From: Octopus vulgaris
Lineage: Eukaryota
DNA length: 64,000 nt
Direction of reading: 5' to 3'
Assembly: GCA_951406725.2 (NCBI GenBank)
Contig: OX597825.1
Span: 42,160,001-42,224,000, forward strand
Every line of letters begins with the position of its first letter. The stretch's first letter is position 1. A program made the position numbers and the translations under genes. Below, in pieces: positions 12,311 to 26,269 of the stretch. Below the pieces are notes generated by a model. That model was given only the letters and a program-made list of their open reading frames with translations, was not told the origin of the DNA and ran no database searches.

Positions 12311-12684
12311 ATTGTTATTAATACCATTAGTAGTAGTAGTAGTAGTAGTAGTAGTAGCAGCAGCAACAGTAGTCATGCTGTTGTTGTTTCAAGCATACTA
12401 AGTCTTTTAGACCAAAAAAAAATGGAATATTGAGACATTAGTACATGATCTCTTAAGGGAACTGCCTCCAAGAATAAATGGGGAATCAAATAACCAAACA
12501 ACAATATAATAATTGCAGAATGAAAGCCATCCTTTGTGGGATCTGAACTCAGATCACATCCACATACTGCTAAGTATTTTGTCCACTGCTCTGCCACTCA
12601 CCACTCTTAAAAGAAATAATAATGATTTTTGAGTAGTAATGGCAGTGGCAGTAGCAGTGGTGGTGATGGTGGTGGTATGATACA

Positions 12685-13590
12685 ACCAAATAATGGTCTA
12701 TTACTTTTACATATAAATTTTCAAAGTTGATAGAAACCTTTATGAAGAGATAATAGCCAATTTAACTCATGAATATCTTTTCTCCCTTTCAATGGACACA
12801 GAGAGGTTTCTCAGAACTAAAACCACTTATGATATTCTTCCTTATATCAAACATTCATGGTCTTGAAAACTTGAAAAAAAGCAATTTATTTGTATTTTAT
12901 ATCAGCAGAGGCCTTACAAAGAAGTTTCTGCTAATTCTGTGCTTGTGTTCGTCATCCCCAACAGTCTTGGTCGGGACTTTCCTGCCAGATTTTCTCATTA
13001 CAGAATTTCATTACAGGGATAAATCTACAGACCATCCAGCATTGATGCTACTCAACATTCATACGTCTCTTTATCTGTATACAACCTCACCATTTCAAGG
13101 TAAACATGCAGATCTTAGATGAAAGTAACTCATGAACAATGGTTCAGTAGAGCTGAATTAGAGTAGTGCAACATTAACAACAACATTTTCCTCAAAATCT
13201 ATCAAGGAAGAAACCGTTGAGAATCTATTTATATTCAGTAGAATTATATGATAAATAATACACACCTTCAAAATGTATAACCAGAACATTAAACACAAGC
13301 ATCATTCAAAATCTATATTCCTGATCTATTTATCCAACACCAATAATAAATAATTTACCTCTGTCTGATTAAGAGATTGCTGAAGCATTAAATTTCTTCC
13401 ACGTGGCAAAATAGTTTATTCCATTATATGAATCTTTTCACTTCATTTTACCAGCACAGGCCATAAGTAGTTTCCATGGATTCTATCATTCCACTAAAAT
13501 GTATGTTCCTTACAATCATTAGGACATCCAATGATGATCATATATATTTTATATTGCCCTTGATACTTCTCAAATTGAAGATAATACCTG
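12685..13590 (-). pseudogene. Decayed hATm-like (VHWDGK-type) transposase, N-terminal half
   Basis: Ordered minus-strand peptides QFEKYQGQYK..KEHTF, LPRGRNLMLQQS..LLLVLDK, VASMLD, IRKNIISGFSSEKPLCVH*KGEKI resembling F..PLxVHWDGK; multiple stops. Confidence 0.45.
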
Positions 13591-15879
13591 TTACCAATTA
13601 TATTAGCTGTGTGACTCGTTGAAAGCTATCAGAACCATGAAATTAGGATTTTGTATTATGTAAACCAGTTTCTTAAGCTTATACTTTTAGCTTCACCCAT
13701 TTCATAGAACATTACAAAAACCTAATTGCTTTTCAGGCCATATTTGCCAACAGCAATTTCTCATCTTTAGTTACTTTGTTGCTTTTCTTATTGATATTTT
13801 ATGTCATTTTCAGATCCTAATTAACAAACTTGTTTTCTTTTTTCTTTTTTTTTAGTTAACGTAGTCTTACTGCTTCTATTAAAACAAATGGGTATTTTCT
13901 TACTGAAATTTGAGCCTCCCAAAATGAAAATTTTAATGTCCACATATTTATAGGGGTTTCTTAAATGCAATGATCACTGTGAAAAATGTGGTATTCAATG
14001 TCTTTTGAAGAGCATTAAGTAAAATAATTCTGAGAAGATTAAAAATTAAGTTGATTACATCCACTGAGAAATTACTACAATGTCATGGTGGTTTCCTCTT
14101 ATACTTAAAATGATTTCATAAATAGGAATGAAGCTATTAAGCTATAAATTTATAATATGGAATGGAGCCAGCAGGAGATATAATCCATTTACAGCTTAAA
14201 CATCAAAGAGAGTCTATGTAGTCAATTCAACAGCAATTTAGTCACTCATTCTCTATATTCTGTTAGCAGTGAAATTTCCCTTAACATATTGCATATCATA
14301 TTGGAAATATGCATGTCATATCATATTGGAAATTTTTGAGCCTAGGCTACAGTGAAGACAAAATGGTCATGGCTATTGGATTGATGTTTTTATTGGCTAT
14401 CTCTTTGTCATTATGCAAATTAGACCTGAAGCATTTCAGCTATAATACTATATATACATATATATATAACTTGTAAGCTGCTAATTTGTCACTAGTGAAA
14501 TTTATTTAAAAAAATAACTTATACACAGACTAGCAAAGTAAATAAATAAACACTATTTATTTAGAATTTCAATTTCACAAATGTTTGACAGCTTCAAATG
14601 GATGCAAAGTTAGTTTTTATTAAAGGAAACTCAAAGCAGTATTGAAACTAATTAAACTGTAGTTACTTTTATATAAACATATAATTTACATGATTAGCTT
14701 TAATAGTTGCTTTTCCCCAAATATTGTTTTCATTGGATTTCCTGATTAGTGGTCTTTACTAAGAAGTATTTCATGTGTAAACTTTAATGCTCTGGAAGCC
14801 TCATAAAACTGCCATTATATCAGGGAAAAAACAATCTTTCAAAGTGAGTAAATTGTTTATTTGCCGGAACAAATAAACCAACGCTTTGTATAATCTCATA
14901 AAAATCTACACTTTTAATGGTATATTTTGTGACCAAATGTTTTCTTTCTTATAATTATTTTAATTTTTACTTTCTTAAAGCAGAGATTTCTTCTCAGCAA
15001 ATGGATACTTTTAGTTTAGTGCTTCAACTATTGAAAGAGAACATACTTATCAGAGAGATTTTAAATCAGTGCTATATATTTTGAATATTCATCATTTTCT
15101 ATATTGCTATGTGCTATAAATTAACTTGAAGCTGTATTTTGAGTTCTATTTAAATTTTATTCAGATGTTATTGTTTCCCATTTCTATAGCAAGGTATGAG
15201 TAAATATGAAATGTGGTTGTATATTGTATTGGTGAAACTCTAGCCATTATAGATATACTTAAATGTACACCTATTCTCTTTCTCATCAATATTCCATTTA
15301 ATTAAAAGTAAGTTTCCATCAGAAACTGTTTCAAGTGTTCAGGTTTTATACTTTAATACCATTAAGATGAAAAGAATAATTCAAAAGTATCCTATATGTT
15401 TATATATAGAAATAGTCATTTTTGTTGATTTCAAATGTATACTCTTCATCACAGATGGGAGGAGTCTAGTTAGTTCATATGTTCTTGCTATATAACTGGT
15501 ATTTATCAAATTTCAACTTGTGAAAGTTGTAACAGACTCTCAGAAAACAAAACATTAGATTTTTGTTTTTGTGAAGAATTGGTTGCTACATTGAACAGTT
15601 CAACTGAGTATGTGTAGAACTCTCTCAACCATATGATGTTGTTTGTTTATGCTTATTAGCTTCAGGTCAGCCATGATCAAGCAAATCCAGGATCCAAAAC
15701 AGTCCATCCAGGAACATACCATTACTTTTCAAGTACACATTATTCAATATGACTTTTCATTTAAATAAAATAGAGGAAAATTTGGCTGTTATTTTTTACT
15801 GGGTCAAGCAACTAGAGAGAGGTCCCCTCATTCTTGCTATTGTATGTAGCTCTGAATGCAATATTGACGTTATGATGAT

Positions 15880-17930
15880 CCCTACAACTATTCAATGCTT
15901 CATGTGTCTCAACAACTGGTGATATTCTTATGTCTGTCCTCTAACATAACGAGGTTGATGCTAGGATATACATAAGAATACCAATAACTATACTGTACAG
16001 GGAATGCTGGAGTCTTTAATCATGATATTCTCATGTTTCAGTTTTTGCATAGCATTCATAGTGGCAACATGTATAATTTTTGTCAAAAGGGGTGAGACTT
16101 CTTTCTGGTATGAGAAAGGAAATGAACTGTTACTACTTATGTTCAAAGCTAAATGTAACTCTCAAAGTACTGAATTAAAGCACCTAAACTGCCTTGAATT
16201 TTACAATTTCAGAAATGTCAGTACTACCTTTCTGCACACCCTCTATTCAATCTGGGTCACATGTGATGCATAAGTACCATTTAAACACATTAGAAGCAGA
16301 AACCTCATAGTATAATTTGGAAGACTGCAGCGGTCCATCTTTCCAGTAAATTTGTTGAATGTGAAAGCAAATTAAATAAGAAAGAGAATAACAAAAGAAA
16401 GTTAATGGATTAGTTAACCATATCCAGCAGGTGACTAAAAGGTGACTTAAATGCAAGCCATGCTTTACAAATAACTAAGATAATAAAGTTTTCTGGAAAT
16501 TTGTATGTTCAAAACAGAATCCTCACTCTCCAGCTGGTCTTCTCCATAATCCCCATGCAAGTTTGATTCCTTATGATTCCAAAGAGTACACAGAGCTTAC
16601 AGCCAAAGTTACATTTGCATTTTTAGGGTTGAAAATCCAGATGTACTATCTTTAATGCTACTGACACCAAATTTACAACGATTGTTTAATTTACTCCTGC
16701 AATGCAACAATACTTCATGCATATACACAACTATGCTTCCTTTAGAAGCCACTTCTCTCCAACTCTGCCTTAATACAATAGTGGCAATTTGTATTAAATG
16801 ATTGGCCTAAAAGGCTGACCACTCATCACCTTTCAGTTATTGCCTAACCAGTCTAACAAGCTTTGTCACCAGAGAGATGGGAGTTTTTTTCAAAGAGACT
16901 TTACAACCTTATTCAACCCTCACAATTTGGATTTATCTCTAATTTTAGCTGCTGAGGTCAATTTATCAAGTTTCTTGACAGCTCATGGATGCATTTTATC
17001 TAACTCAGCTTCACCAAAGCCTTTAATTCTGTGCCACACAAAAGATTTATCAAGCTCTCTGCAATGGGTGCAAGGGTTAATCTTTATGACTATTGCAGTC
17101 CTTCATTCTCTGTTGAAAATTGGTCATGGAATTAGGAAAACATCCTGCACCCTAAGTAATGAGATACGGAATCCAACATGGATCAATGTTTTGCTTCCAT
17201 GTTGTTTGTCACATATATCAATGAAGTAGATGTTTGCTTGAAGTATGCTACTGTGTTAAAGTATGCGGGCAACATTAAAATAACTGTATCTTGAAGCAGG
17301 GAAAATAGATCTTGTAGGTTATATATCCTTTCTGCAATCTGATCTGGATACAATGCAGCAATGGAATGCTGCAAGCAACTGAAGCTAGTTGTAGACAAAA
17401 TTTATCACTATAAAGTTTAGGACCAACTCTCCCAAATCTATTTATTCCTTCCATGACACTAACGTTAAGCAATCTACTGATGAATGTGAGTACCATTTTC
17501 AATAATGATCTTCACTGCATGAGCCACATTCATAAAATTATTCAGAAGGCTGAAGCTATCTTAGCATTATAAAACACCATTGTCAGTTACTCAGTGACTA
17601 TTTAATTGCTATACATAGCTATGGTACACCCATACCTACCCTTTGCATCACCAGTCTAGAACTTCTACCTTATCTAGAATATTGATCCACTAGAAGATAT
17701 CCAAAATGTGCAACCAAATTAATGCCATTTTCCCAACAACAACTTTTTTTAAATTTAATATCTTTAACCTTTATGGATACAAAAATCACAAAACTCTGAA
17801 GCACCCATGATTTTCAGAAAGATATCTTCATGCCTAGAATTGTCAAAGCATGGAATAAGCTACATGTGTTGAGTGCTAGCTGTTAAGATACTATATGCTT
17901 AAAAAATTCCATGCTTCCTGAAATTTACTC
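15880..17930 (+). mobile_element. Decayed CR1/L2-type LINE (endonuclease end plus RT)
   Basis: GVFNHDIL (SDH-like), SYCLTSLTS (NYRPISLTS), FTKAFNSVPHKR, YAGNIK (YADDTK), LQSDLDTMQQW, YIAMVHPYLPFASPV, RKDIFMPRIVKAWNKL in order. Confidence 0.8.
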
Positions 17931-20900
17931 TTGATGTGACTTTGCACTCTTTCCGCTTTATGGACCTTTTACTCTTCACTTTTCTGACCTTTGTTTTATT
18001 CTGTTTGCTTTCCATATACTTTTGACTATCATTGCTATTTTTTAATTGGTTTATCAATGCTTTTTATTTCCTCCTTTACTTTTTTTCCAACAAGTTGTAG
18101 TGCATAATTTTTTACAGTTACTTTAACTAACCTTTTCTTCTTTTCTAGTTGTTTTAACAAGTCTCTTCCTTTGTTTTAGTTGTTTACTCTGAAATCTTTC
18201 AAATCTTTCCATTGTTTAAACTAACCCCTTTTCAACTTTTCCACTTATTTCAAACCTCCTTTTGACTGTATAAATGAATTCTTTTGCAATTTTCCCAGTT
18301 GATCAGTTATTTAATGGAATAAACAATCATACATGACATTTTTCTTATGCAAATCTACCTAATGATAAAATTATTGCTGCTTTTCTTTTTTTACACAATT
18401 CTGAATAATGTTAGTAATGATTTATCACCAGAAAAAAATATAAAATGATATTAAGTATTGAAAAGTATCACCCAATAATTAGATATTAGTTTCACTGGAA
18501 TTACATCCATAGTGACTGGTTATATCCGAGCTGTCAGTATAAATGTTTTTTAAGAGAAAACAAAAGCTGTGGTCAAAAAGAAACTAGAGACAACATGTGT
18601 AAGATAAAAAAAATTTATTAAAAATTGTAGAATTGAATAAATTTACATGCCATAAAGATGGACAAATTTAAATATCGCAGGCAGACCTTTCTTCTTCAGA
18701 AAAAGAACTATAGACAATGCAATAATTAATCATTTAAATTTTGGGTCTGGTTGTTGTTGCTGTTCAGTTGCGGCCAACATTGAATAAATTCATGGTCAAA
18801 GACATTCCAGCAATAACCAGTCTTTTGTATATCTAACACTGCAATCACTACAACACGCATTGTGTGTGTGTGTGTGTGTGTTTGTCTAGGGAATGGGGCC
18901 CATAATTTCAGAAAATTTGATTGTTGGACACAAGTACCTAAAGTAGTTGCTTGGAAAAATGTTCTTTTATTTCTGCTGTTTGATTTCATTATATTTTCTT
19001 ACAGGAGCTTGTTTAAAATTGAGAGCAGAATTAGTGTTACTAACAGGTAAGGCTTTATAAACTCCTTCTGATGTTAAAGGACCACAAGTGCAACATTTTT
19101 TATAGTCTATCAAAATTACATATTTCTGTACAGCACTATCTTCTCAATGGGTAAGATGGTTGAAGGAGCATTCTTGTTCATAAAATAACGAAGCACAGTG
19201 CTTGATAATTTTATTGATACTATTATTACAAACATGGCTGTCATTGTGTGACACTAGAATAGCACTGTTCAAGTAGATCTATGACTCAAACAGGCTAGAG
19301 GTGCTGAACACTGTACATAAAACAATTTGTCTAGAGTGAGTGAGACACACAATGTCCATAAAATGTTTTTCTTAGTTTATTATCATTAAATTTTTTTCAC
19401 GGGTTTTGTTGGAACTCCTGGAGTCATGCATGTGCAGCAGGCTTGCGACTGGCAGCCTATGGTGCCATATTATTTTCAGTTATCTAATACTATCATGATT
19501 CTGGTTTTCTGTATAAGCAGTCTCTGGATGATGACCAGGCCTGTGCTGCTCAACCACAGGATACCTACCAGGTGAAAGGCTTTCACCTTTGGTTCCAGCC
19601 TCATTAATACCATTATTTGATACATTTGCATTAGGCATTTTCTCTCAGTATTGAGGTTTGTGTTTTAAGGTTAGCCACCAACCAATATTTTTATCAAGAC
19701 ACCATCTCTAGTAAGATTGTCAACCAATACTGCAGAGCTCTTGTTGTTGTTGTTTTCATATACACTCAACAGATTAAACTGTTGGAAAAGAAAAGAATCC
19801 TAACATTGGGCGACAACAAGTAGCCTTAGATGCCAAGAACCCTCCTAAGTATCCTAGCTGTCCCTAATAACACTGTTTTCTGGAGCTGTACTAAACTGGG
19901 TTTTATACTTATTCCCTCTATTCATCAGTTCAGATCCTTTGGAATAGTTCCTATGGTATACATTTAGTCTGCACGTTACATAGTCATATAATTCAATACC
20001 TAGGGCCTGGTACTTTGTTATTTTTTCTATACCTCTGATATTAATTTTTTCCTCATTTGGGATTGTAAAGTCAATTATCAAGCGCTTTCTATTGTCTTTA
20101 TCTACTACTACTAAATCAGGCCTTCTAACTTCTATTACTCTGTCAGTCTGAATGTTAAAGTCCAACAACATCATATATTTCTCCCTCTCTAGTATTTTAC
20201 TAGGTTCATGTTCATATTATTTATCAGTAAGTTCAAATCCTAGCTTTCCACAAAGTTCACAGTGAATTGCTCTCCCTAGATTGTCATGTGTTTTCTTGTA
20301 TTCTTTCTGTGCCAGCATGCTACATTCACTTACTATATGAGTAATGCTTTTCTCTTTTAATTTACATAATCTACATTGGGAATCTACTTGGTTTTTGTCT
20401 ATCTTAACTTTTATCCAATTACTCCTTAATACTTGATCTTATGCAGTTACTAACAAACTTTCTGTCACCCTCTTCAGCTTTCCTTTCTGCAACCATAACC
20501 ATGCCTCACCATTACTATTTGCTGCAACTATCTTTGGGAATCTACCATGAAATGCCTTCTCCTAGCAGTTAGATAATTTCTGTTCTTTTTGCCGGTTGCT
20601 AACTTCATGTGGGTTTTTGGTTTCTCTTTGTCTTGCTGTTACTCTAACAGCGTTTTATAAACTTTCTTCACTGTTACCTACATAGGAGACTATATTTACT
20701 CTAGCTAACTCCATACAGTCTTCTACTGATATTAACCCTCTTCTTCTTTCCTTTCTAAGTAGGTATAATCTTGCTACTCCTGCCCTTGTATTTCTTCCTA
20801 GTTCTTCTGTCTAGCTTTGTTGATACAGTTTTTGTCCAATCTACAAAAGCTACTGAATATCTAAGTAATGATACTGCCCAAGTATTTACAGCCTTCACTA

Positions 20901-22510
20901 GATTTGAACCATTTAGCTTTGACTTCATTAGCTTCCTTGCCCTTCTGATGTACACTTCAATTTCTATTTTCATTCCTATAGTTAGTACTCTATCAGATTC
21001 TAATACTCCTAGATACTTATAACTCTCTCCTCCTTTCAATGATTTTAATGTCTGACCATCTGGTAATCAGATGCCTTCGCTATTGACTACCTGTCCCCTT
21101 CTCATGACTAATATTGTACATTTATCTATGCCAAATTCTGTGCCTATATCTTTGCTGAACAGTCTTACAGTCTGTATTAAGGAATCTATTTCTTTTTCAT
21201 TCTTAATAAAAAGCTTCAGATCATCCATGTAGTGCAAATGGTTAATTTGTCCATTACTGTTTCTGAACTGATACTCTGCCTTTGCCTTTCTTAATACTAA
21301 ACTTAGGGGGATCAAACATAAGACAAATATTAAATGGGATAACTAGTCCCCCTGGTAAATTCCTCTTTTGATATTTATTTTCCCTGAGAGTACATCACCT
21401 GATTAGAGATCTACTTTCCATTTCTTCATGCAACAGCTAATTAATTCTCTTATTTTGTCTGCAATACAGAATATAAGCAAACATTCACTTACACATGAGT
21501 GTAGGATCATATAATAGGCTTTCCTATAATCTGTCCATGCTATTGTTAGATTTTTCTTTCTAGCTTTTACTTCATTTAGAACTGCTTTGTCTATATATAT
21601 AATAGATCATGCATTCCTCTAGCCTGCTTCTTGCGATCTTTTTGTTCTTCTGGTAGTAAATTCTGGTTGTCAAGGTGCTCGTAAATGCTTTCTGAGAGCA
21701 TTCCTATTAACAGCTTCCACACTAATGGTAAGCAAGTGATTGCTCTATAGTTGCTAGCTGTTTTACCCTTGCTCTTATCTTTCATAATGGGTATTGTCCT
21801 CTCTTTAGTCATCCAATCTGGTATTATTCCTCCATTAAAGCAATCCTAATGTTGTTCCCTCAGCCTGCCATGTAAACTACTGAATTACTTTAGCCAGTAA
21901 CCTTGAACTAAACAGGGTCCTGAACCCTTCTAATTTAGCATTTTTTCTATTTTTCTAACACTTTACTCATTAATGCACTAGTTAATCATGGAAATAGCTG
22001 TTTCTCACTGACTACTTCTTCCCTCACTTTCGTTAACCATACTGCATCTCTATCATGATTGACTGGCTTATCCCAAATATTACCCCAGAATTATCTAGCT
22101 TCTTCTACATTAGGTTTCTCATCTTTAGTACTTCATTCTTCGCTATTTATTTGGTTATAAAATCTTCTCTAGTCTGTCTCAAATAATTTATTACATTGAT
22201 ACTGATCTATTATTTTCTGATATGTTGAGAGCTTGCCTGCTACTGCTATGATACGCTGTTTCAACTTTTCTGTCACTGTCCTAAATCCTTTGACTAAGTA
22301 TCTTTTATTGGCCTCTTGTGTTTCCTAGCTTGTTTGTTTTCTAGGCTTCTATTCTACTCAGCTCTTGTCTTAAAGCCTTCACTTTATTTTGTAGTTTCCT
22401 TTTCCACATTTGCTCTTTTTAAATCTTACACTGCGAGATATCAAATCTTCTGGTATCTACCACTCCTCCTGCATAGATCAATATGTTAGGGTCTACTATA
22501 TGTTTTAGTA

Positions 22511-23787
22511 CGAGGGGCGTTCAATAAGTAATGCCCCTGACCCACTTCCCATAGCAGTAGAGCAACGAAACTTGGCACAGTTATTAGTCTTTTTCTACAT
22601 AGGAATCACACAGAGTTACTCATTTCTCCCATTGCTTGATGCAGCTCTGGAGACCGTTTTTGTAGAAGACCCCAGCTTGGTCCTCCAACCTGAACGTGAC
22701 TTCAGAAATCAAGGCTGCATCATCTGGGAAACGCTTTCCTTTCAAAAACAACTTCATGACTGGGAAGAGGTGAAAATCAGAGGGTGCAAGGTCAGGAAAG
22801 TAGGGGGATGGGGGAGGAGTTCATAGCCATACGCCTGTGCTTCTGATCTGGCGACAAGCGAGTTGTGGACCGGAGCGTTGTCCTGCAGGAGGAGGATGCC
22901 TTTGCTGATCTTGCCCCACCTCTTGATTTTGATAACTTCTCTTAATTTCCTCAAAAGTGAAGCATAATAGGCTCCTGCAATTGTGGTACCCTTTGCCAGG
23001 AAATCTGTCATCACTACTCCGTCCTGGTCCCATGACCTTGCCAGCGGAGGGCTGCACCCTTGCCTTCTTTGGAGGGGGTGAGTCACAGTGCTTCCACTGC
23101 ATTGACTGGGCTTTGGTCTCTGGATCATCGTGATGGACCCAGGTTTAATCCTGTGTAATCAGTCTTTTGAAAAATTTGACTCATCTTCTTGGCACATCTC
23201 CAAATTTACCCTCGAGCACTCGATGCGTTCTTGGTTCTGGAAAGGCGTGAGCAACTTGGGAATCCATCTGGCAGACACCTTTTGCATATGCAAATGGTCA
23301 TGAATGATAGTTTCCACAGACCCGGTACTAATCTTGACCTCATGGGCTATTTGGCAAATAGTTATGCGTCAATCTTCCAAAATGGCAGCCTCAACTTGAC
23401 GGACAGATGCCTCATCAATGGCAGAAGGGGGTCGACCAGATCTGGGAGCTGTTTCCACAGAGTTCCGACCATGTTTGAATTCACGATGCCAGCGTTTTAC
23501 AAGGTCATATGATGGGGCATCATCACCATAAGTTACTTTCATTTCATCAAAAGTCTCCCGTGGTGTGCGTCCTTTCAAATACAAAAACCAGATCACTGCT
23601 CGACACTCAACAGGCTCCATTTCACACTTGACTCGGTTCAAACACCTGTAAATCGGAAACCACAATTAAATCAGAGCTGTAATTTGCTACTTACTCTATA
23701 GAGATATAAATGATTGCACATGCAAAATTTCAGCTAGATCAAACAACTGCAAGTGGGTCAGAGGCATTACTTATTGAACGTCCCTCA
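22511..23787 (-). mobile_element. Full-length mariner DNA transposon, 1277 bp, defective
   Basis: TIRs cgaggggcgttcaataagtaatgcccctgacccactt / aagtgggtcagaggcattacttattgaacgtccctca, TA on both sides (22509-10, 23788-89). Confidence 0.95.
22584..23620 (-). pseudogene. Mariner transposase pseudogene
   Basis: MEPVECRAVI..VKRWHREFKHGR..PRSGRP HTH, ARWIPK, QDNAPVH, frameshifted HPPYSPDLAPSDF. Confidence 0.9.
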
Positions 23788-23989
23788 TATGTGTCTGACT
23801 GATAACAGCCTTTTAATGCTGGCGATGTTTTTTTCTTATTTCCTTACTCATTACTTCCTGCAACTAATCTAAAATCTTCTGATCTTCTTCACTTAAATCA
23901 CTTAAATCACTGATTGTATGTTGATACCTTTTGATTAGGCACAGATCATAACTAATGATCATGGCTCCTGTCAACTTTCTCATTCCAGT

Positions 23990-24150
23990 TACATTGACAT
24001 AACCCTTCTCAAAATCCTGGCTGCTCCAAGTAGTGCTATTTTCTGAAATATCTCAGTGAGCCGAAGTTTGCCAAGCCACTTCTGATATTGGTTTGCACAG
24101 TTACAAGTGCCCCTATCACAACTGGTGCAACCTCCACTTTCTTCGTACTA
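23990..24150 (-). mobile_element. RLE retrotransposon extreme 3' fragment
   Basis: KKVEVAPVVIGAL..FQKIALLGAARILRRVM. Confidence 0.7.
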
Positions 24151-24563
24151 AGTGAGTAAAAGGTAAAAGAAAAAAAAGAATATGTGATGGAGACTACAAA
24201 CTATGCACCTCAGAACCCAAAATGGAAGCTGATTTTGAATAGTTTTGCTTCATTGTATAAGATGTGATAACCATTGATAGTTCTGTAGCTTAAGGAATGA
24301 TAATGCACTCAGCAAATGAAGTAGTACATTTTTATAGTATTCAGTTTCACCTCTCAAATATTACTTATAAATTAAGGTTCATTGAGACTGTATCTTTATG
24401 TAGAAACTAATATCATGGAAATGAGTACACTAAGGCATTTTCTAAGATTTTCTACAATAATCTCCTCATTCCAGATTTAGTTGTCAAATAAAAATATTTC
24501 ACATTAGTAAGACACTTGGAAAGACTTAAAAATTTAGCTTTTCAGTTTTTCCTTATTTTTTAC

Positions 24564-24967
24564 CTTTTATCTTTTTCCTGTTTCAGTCATTAGACTGCAG
24601 TCATGCTGGGGTGCAGCCTTGAAGAATTTGTTATAATTGAAAGATTTGACTCCAGTACCTTTTTGTTTTTAAGTATGGTACTAATCTATCAGTTCTTTTG
24701 TTGAACTGCTAAGTTACACTCCAATACTGGTTGTCAATCTGTAGTGGGAGAAAAACACAGTCACAAAGACACACACACACACACACACACACATATAATA
24801 TACACAACAGGCTTCTTTCAGTTTCTATGTACCAAATTCACCCACAAGGCTTTGGTCAGCTTGAGGCTATAGTAGAAGACACTTACCCAAGGTGCCACAA
24901 AGTGGGACAGAACCCAGAGCCATGTGGTTGGAAGCAAGCGTCTTACTTCATAGACACACCTGTGCCT
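24564..24967 (-). mobile_element. Bipartite tRNA-derived SINE with internal (CA)n
   Basis: tgtttcagtcattagactgcagtcatgctgg..ctaagttac..(CA)n..cttctttcagtttc..ggctatagtagaagacact..; same family as 49408. Confidence 0.8.
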
Positions 24968-26269
24968 TATTTCAAAATCTTTAATGTTCAATGCCCCAAA
25001 CTTTGCACAAATTATTATAACCTGTCTTTTTCTCCCAGAATATTGGTGCTCTAGAATTTCACCTCAGTGCATATTTTCAGCACTTAAAAAAAAAATTTTT
25101 CAGTGGCTATTGACTTGCAACAGCTCAAAACAAATATTAACTACATTAATATCTCCAGTATCAACAGTTATACAAAGGCTATAGGCATAGCCCCTTCCCT
25201 ACTGAACATAATTAGTGAGTAGAGAACAAAAATAAGTATGACATTATGTTGTTGGAATGTAGAGTATTAGATGTAATTCCATATAATAAAATTTGTTTCA
25301 TCTTTCTACTAGGTGTTGTTTTTTTTTAATCTTTAGGTCAGCTCTACTTTAATCAAATAAATTCTAGTAATTTATTGGAATTAATTCAGTCAACTTGCTC
25401 CATAAAAATTAACATTGTACCTATTTTATAACATTCAGTAACTTATTATATGATTGACAGTACAACTGCATTTCTAAGTATTAAGTCTGAATATTTGTTT
25501 TGTTTCATTCATTAGCTTTACTAATTCAATATTAGTCTTTAAAGAGTCAATTAGAACAAAAATTAGCAGCTTAAATTAAATTTTGTGGATGTTTATATCA
25601 AAACAGCTATTAAAATAGATGCTAACCTAGGGCTATTTTGTGGTTTTAAGCATATTCAGTTTACAAATTGAATTATATTTTTGTGAACTTGAGAAAAATT
25701 TGTGTTATTAAATTATTTATTTATTCCATTTTGTGTCTTTCAAAAACAATGAATTTATAGTTGTCAGTATATTGATTTCATTTGATGAAGTACCAACACA
25801 AATTAGAATGTGTATGTGTTTGAGAGAAATCTATAAATCATGTTTCATCCGTTTGTTATTTGTAGGTTAATCAAGAAGGATGTAAAGCAAAAGTAATCTA
25901 ACAGGTATTAAACTCTGAATAATTAAGTGTGAAATTGAATGCTAGCAAGCTTTTGGTATTACAAACTATTTACCAGTTATACTAATTTTAGGCTGTCAAT
26001 ATATGGACACCTAATTCATTCATTTTGAATGATTCTACAAGAATAGAGGAGACTAAAAAAAGAATTATTGGAAAAGTGGCTTAAAAGAACCTCACATCAT
26101 TAAATGTATGTTAATTGTTGTGGACAAAAATAAACAAAATGCTTAATGGCTGAAAGCAAAGAATATTCAATAGACAAGGACAAGGTAAGCCAACTTGTGG
26201 ATGTGGTTATTAACTAGAACAATGAATTACATTTATTTTAGTTTAACTCAATTTCTTTAATACAAATCA

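Larger units (their letters stand above)
19790..23900 (-). mobile_element. Long decayed Dong/R4-like retrotransposon, split by a mariner insertion
   Basis: ORF fragments NYRAITCLPLVWKLL, INHLHYMDDLKLF..FGIDKC, SYKYLG..AVNTWAV, RRPDLVVVDK..IIDFTIP; LINE sequence resumes after 23789. Confidence 0.88.

Noticed and set aside
12685-13590. Host gene rescued by A-to-I stop-to-Trp editing
   Set aside because: Frameshifts and many stops fit neutral decay of a transposase
23189-23512. 107-aa plus-strand ORF (also 9309, 20771, 44781)
   Set aside because: Antisense shadows of TE coding regions
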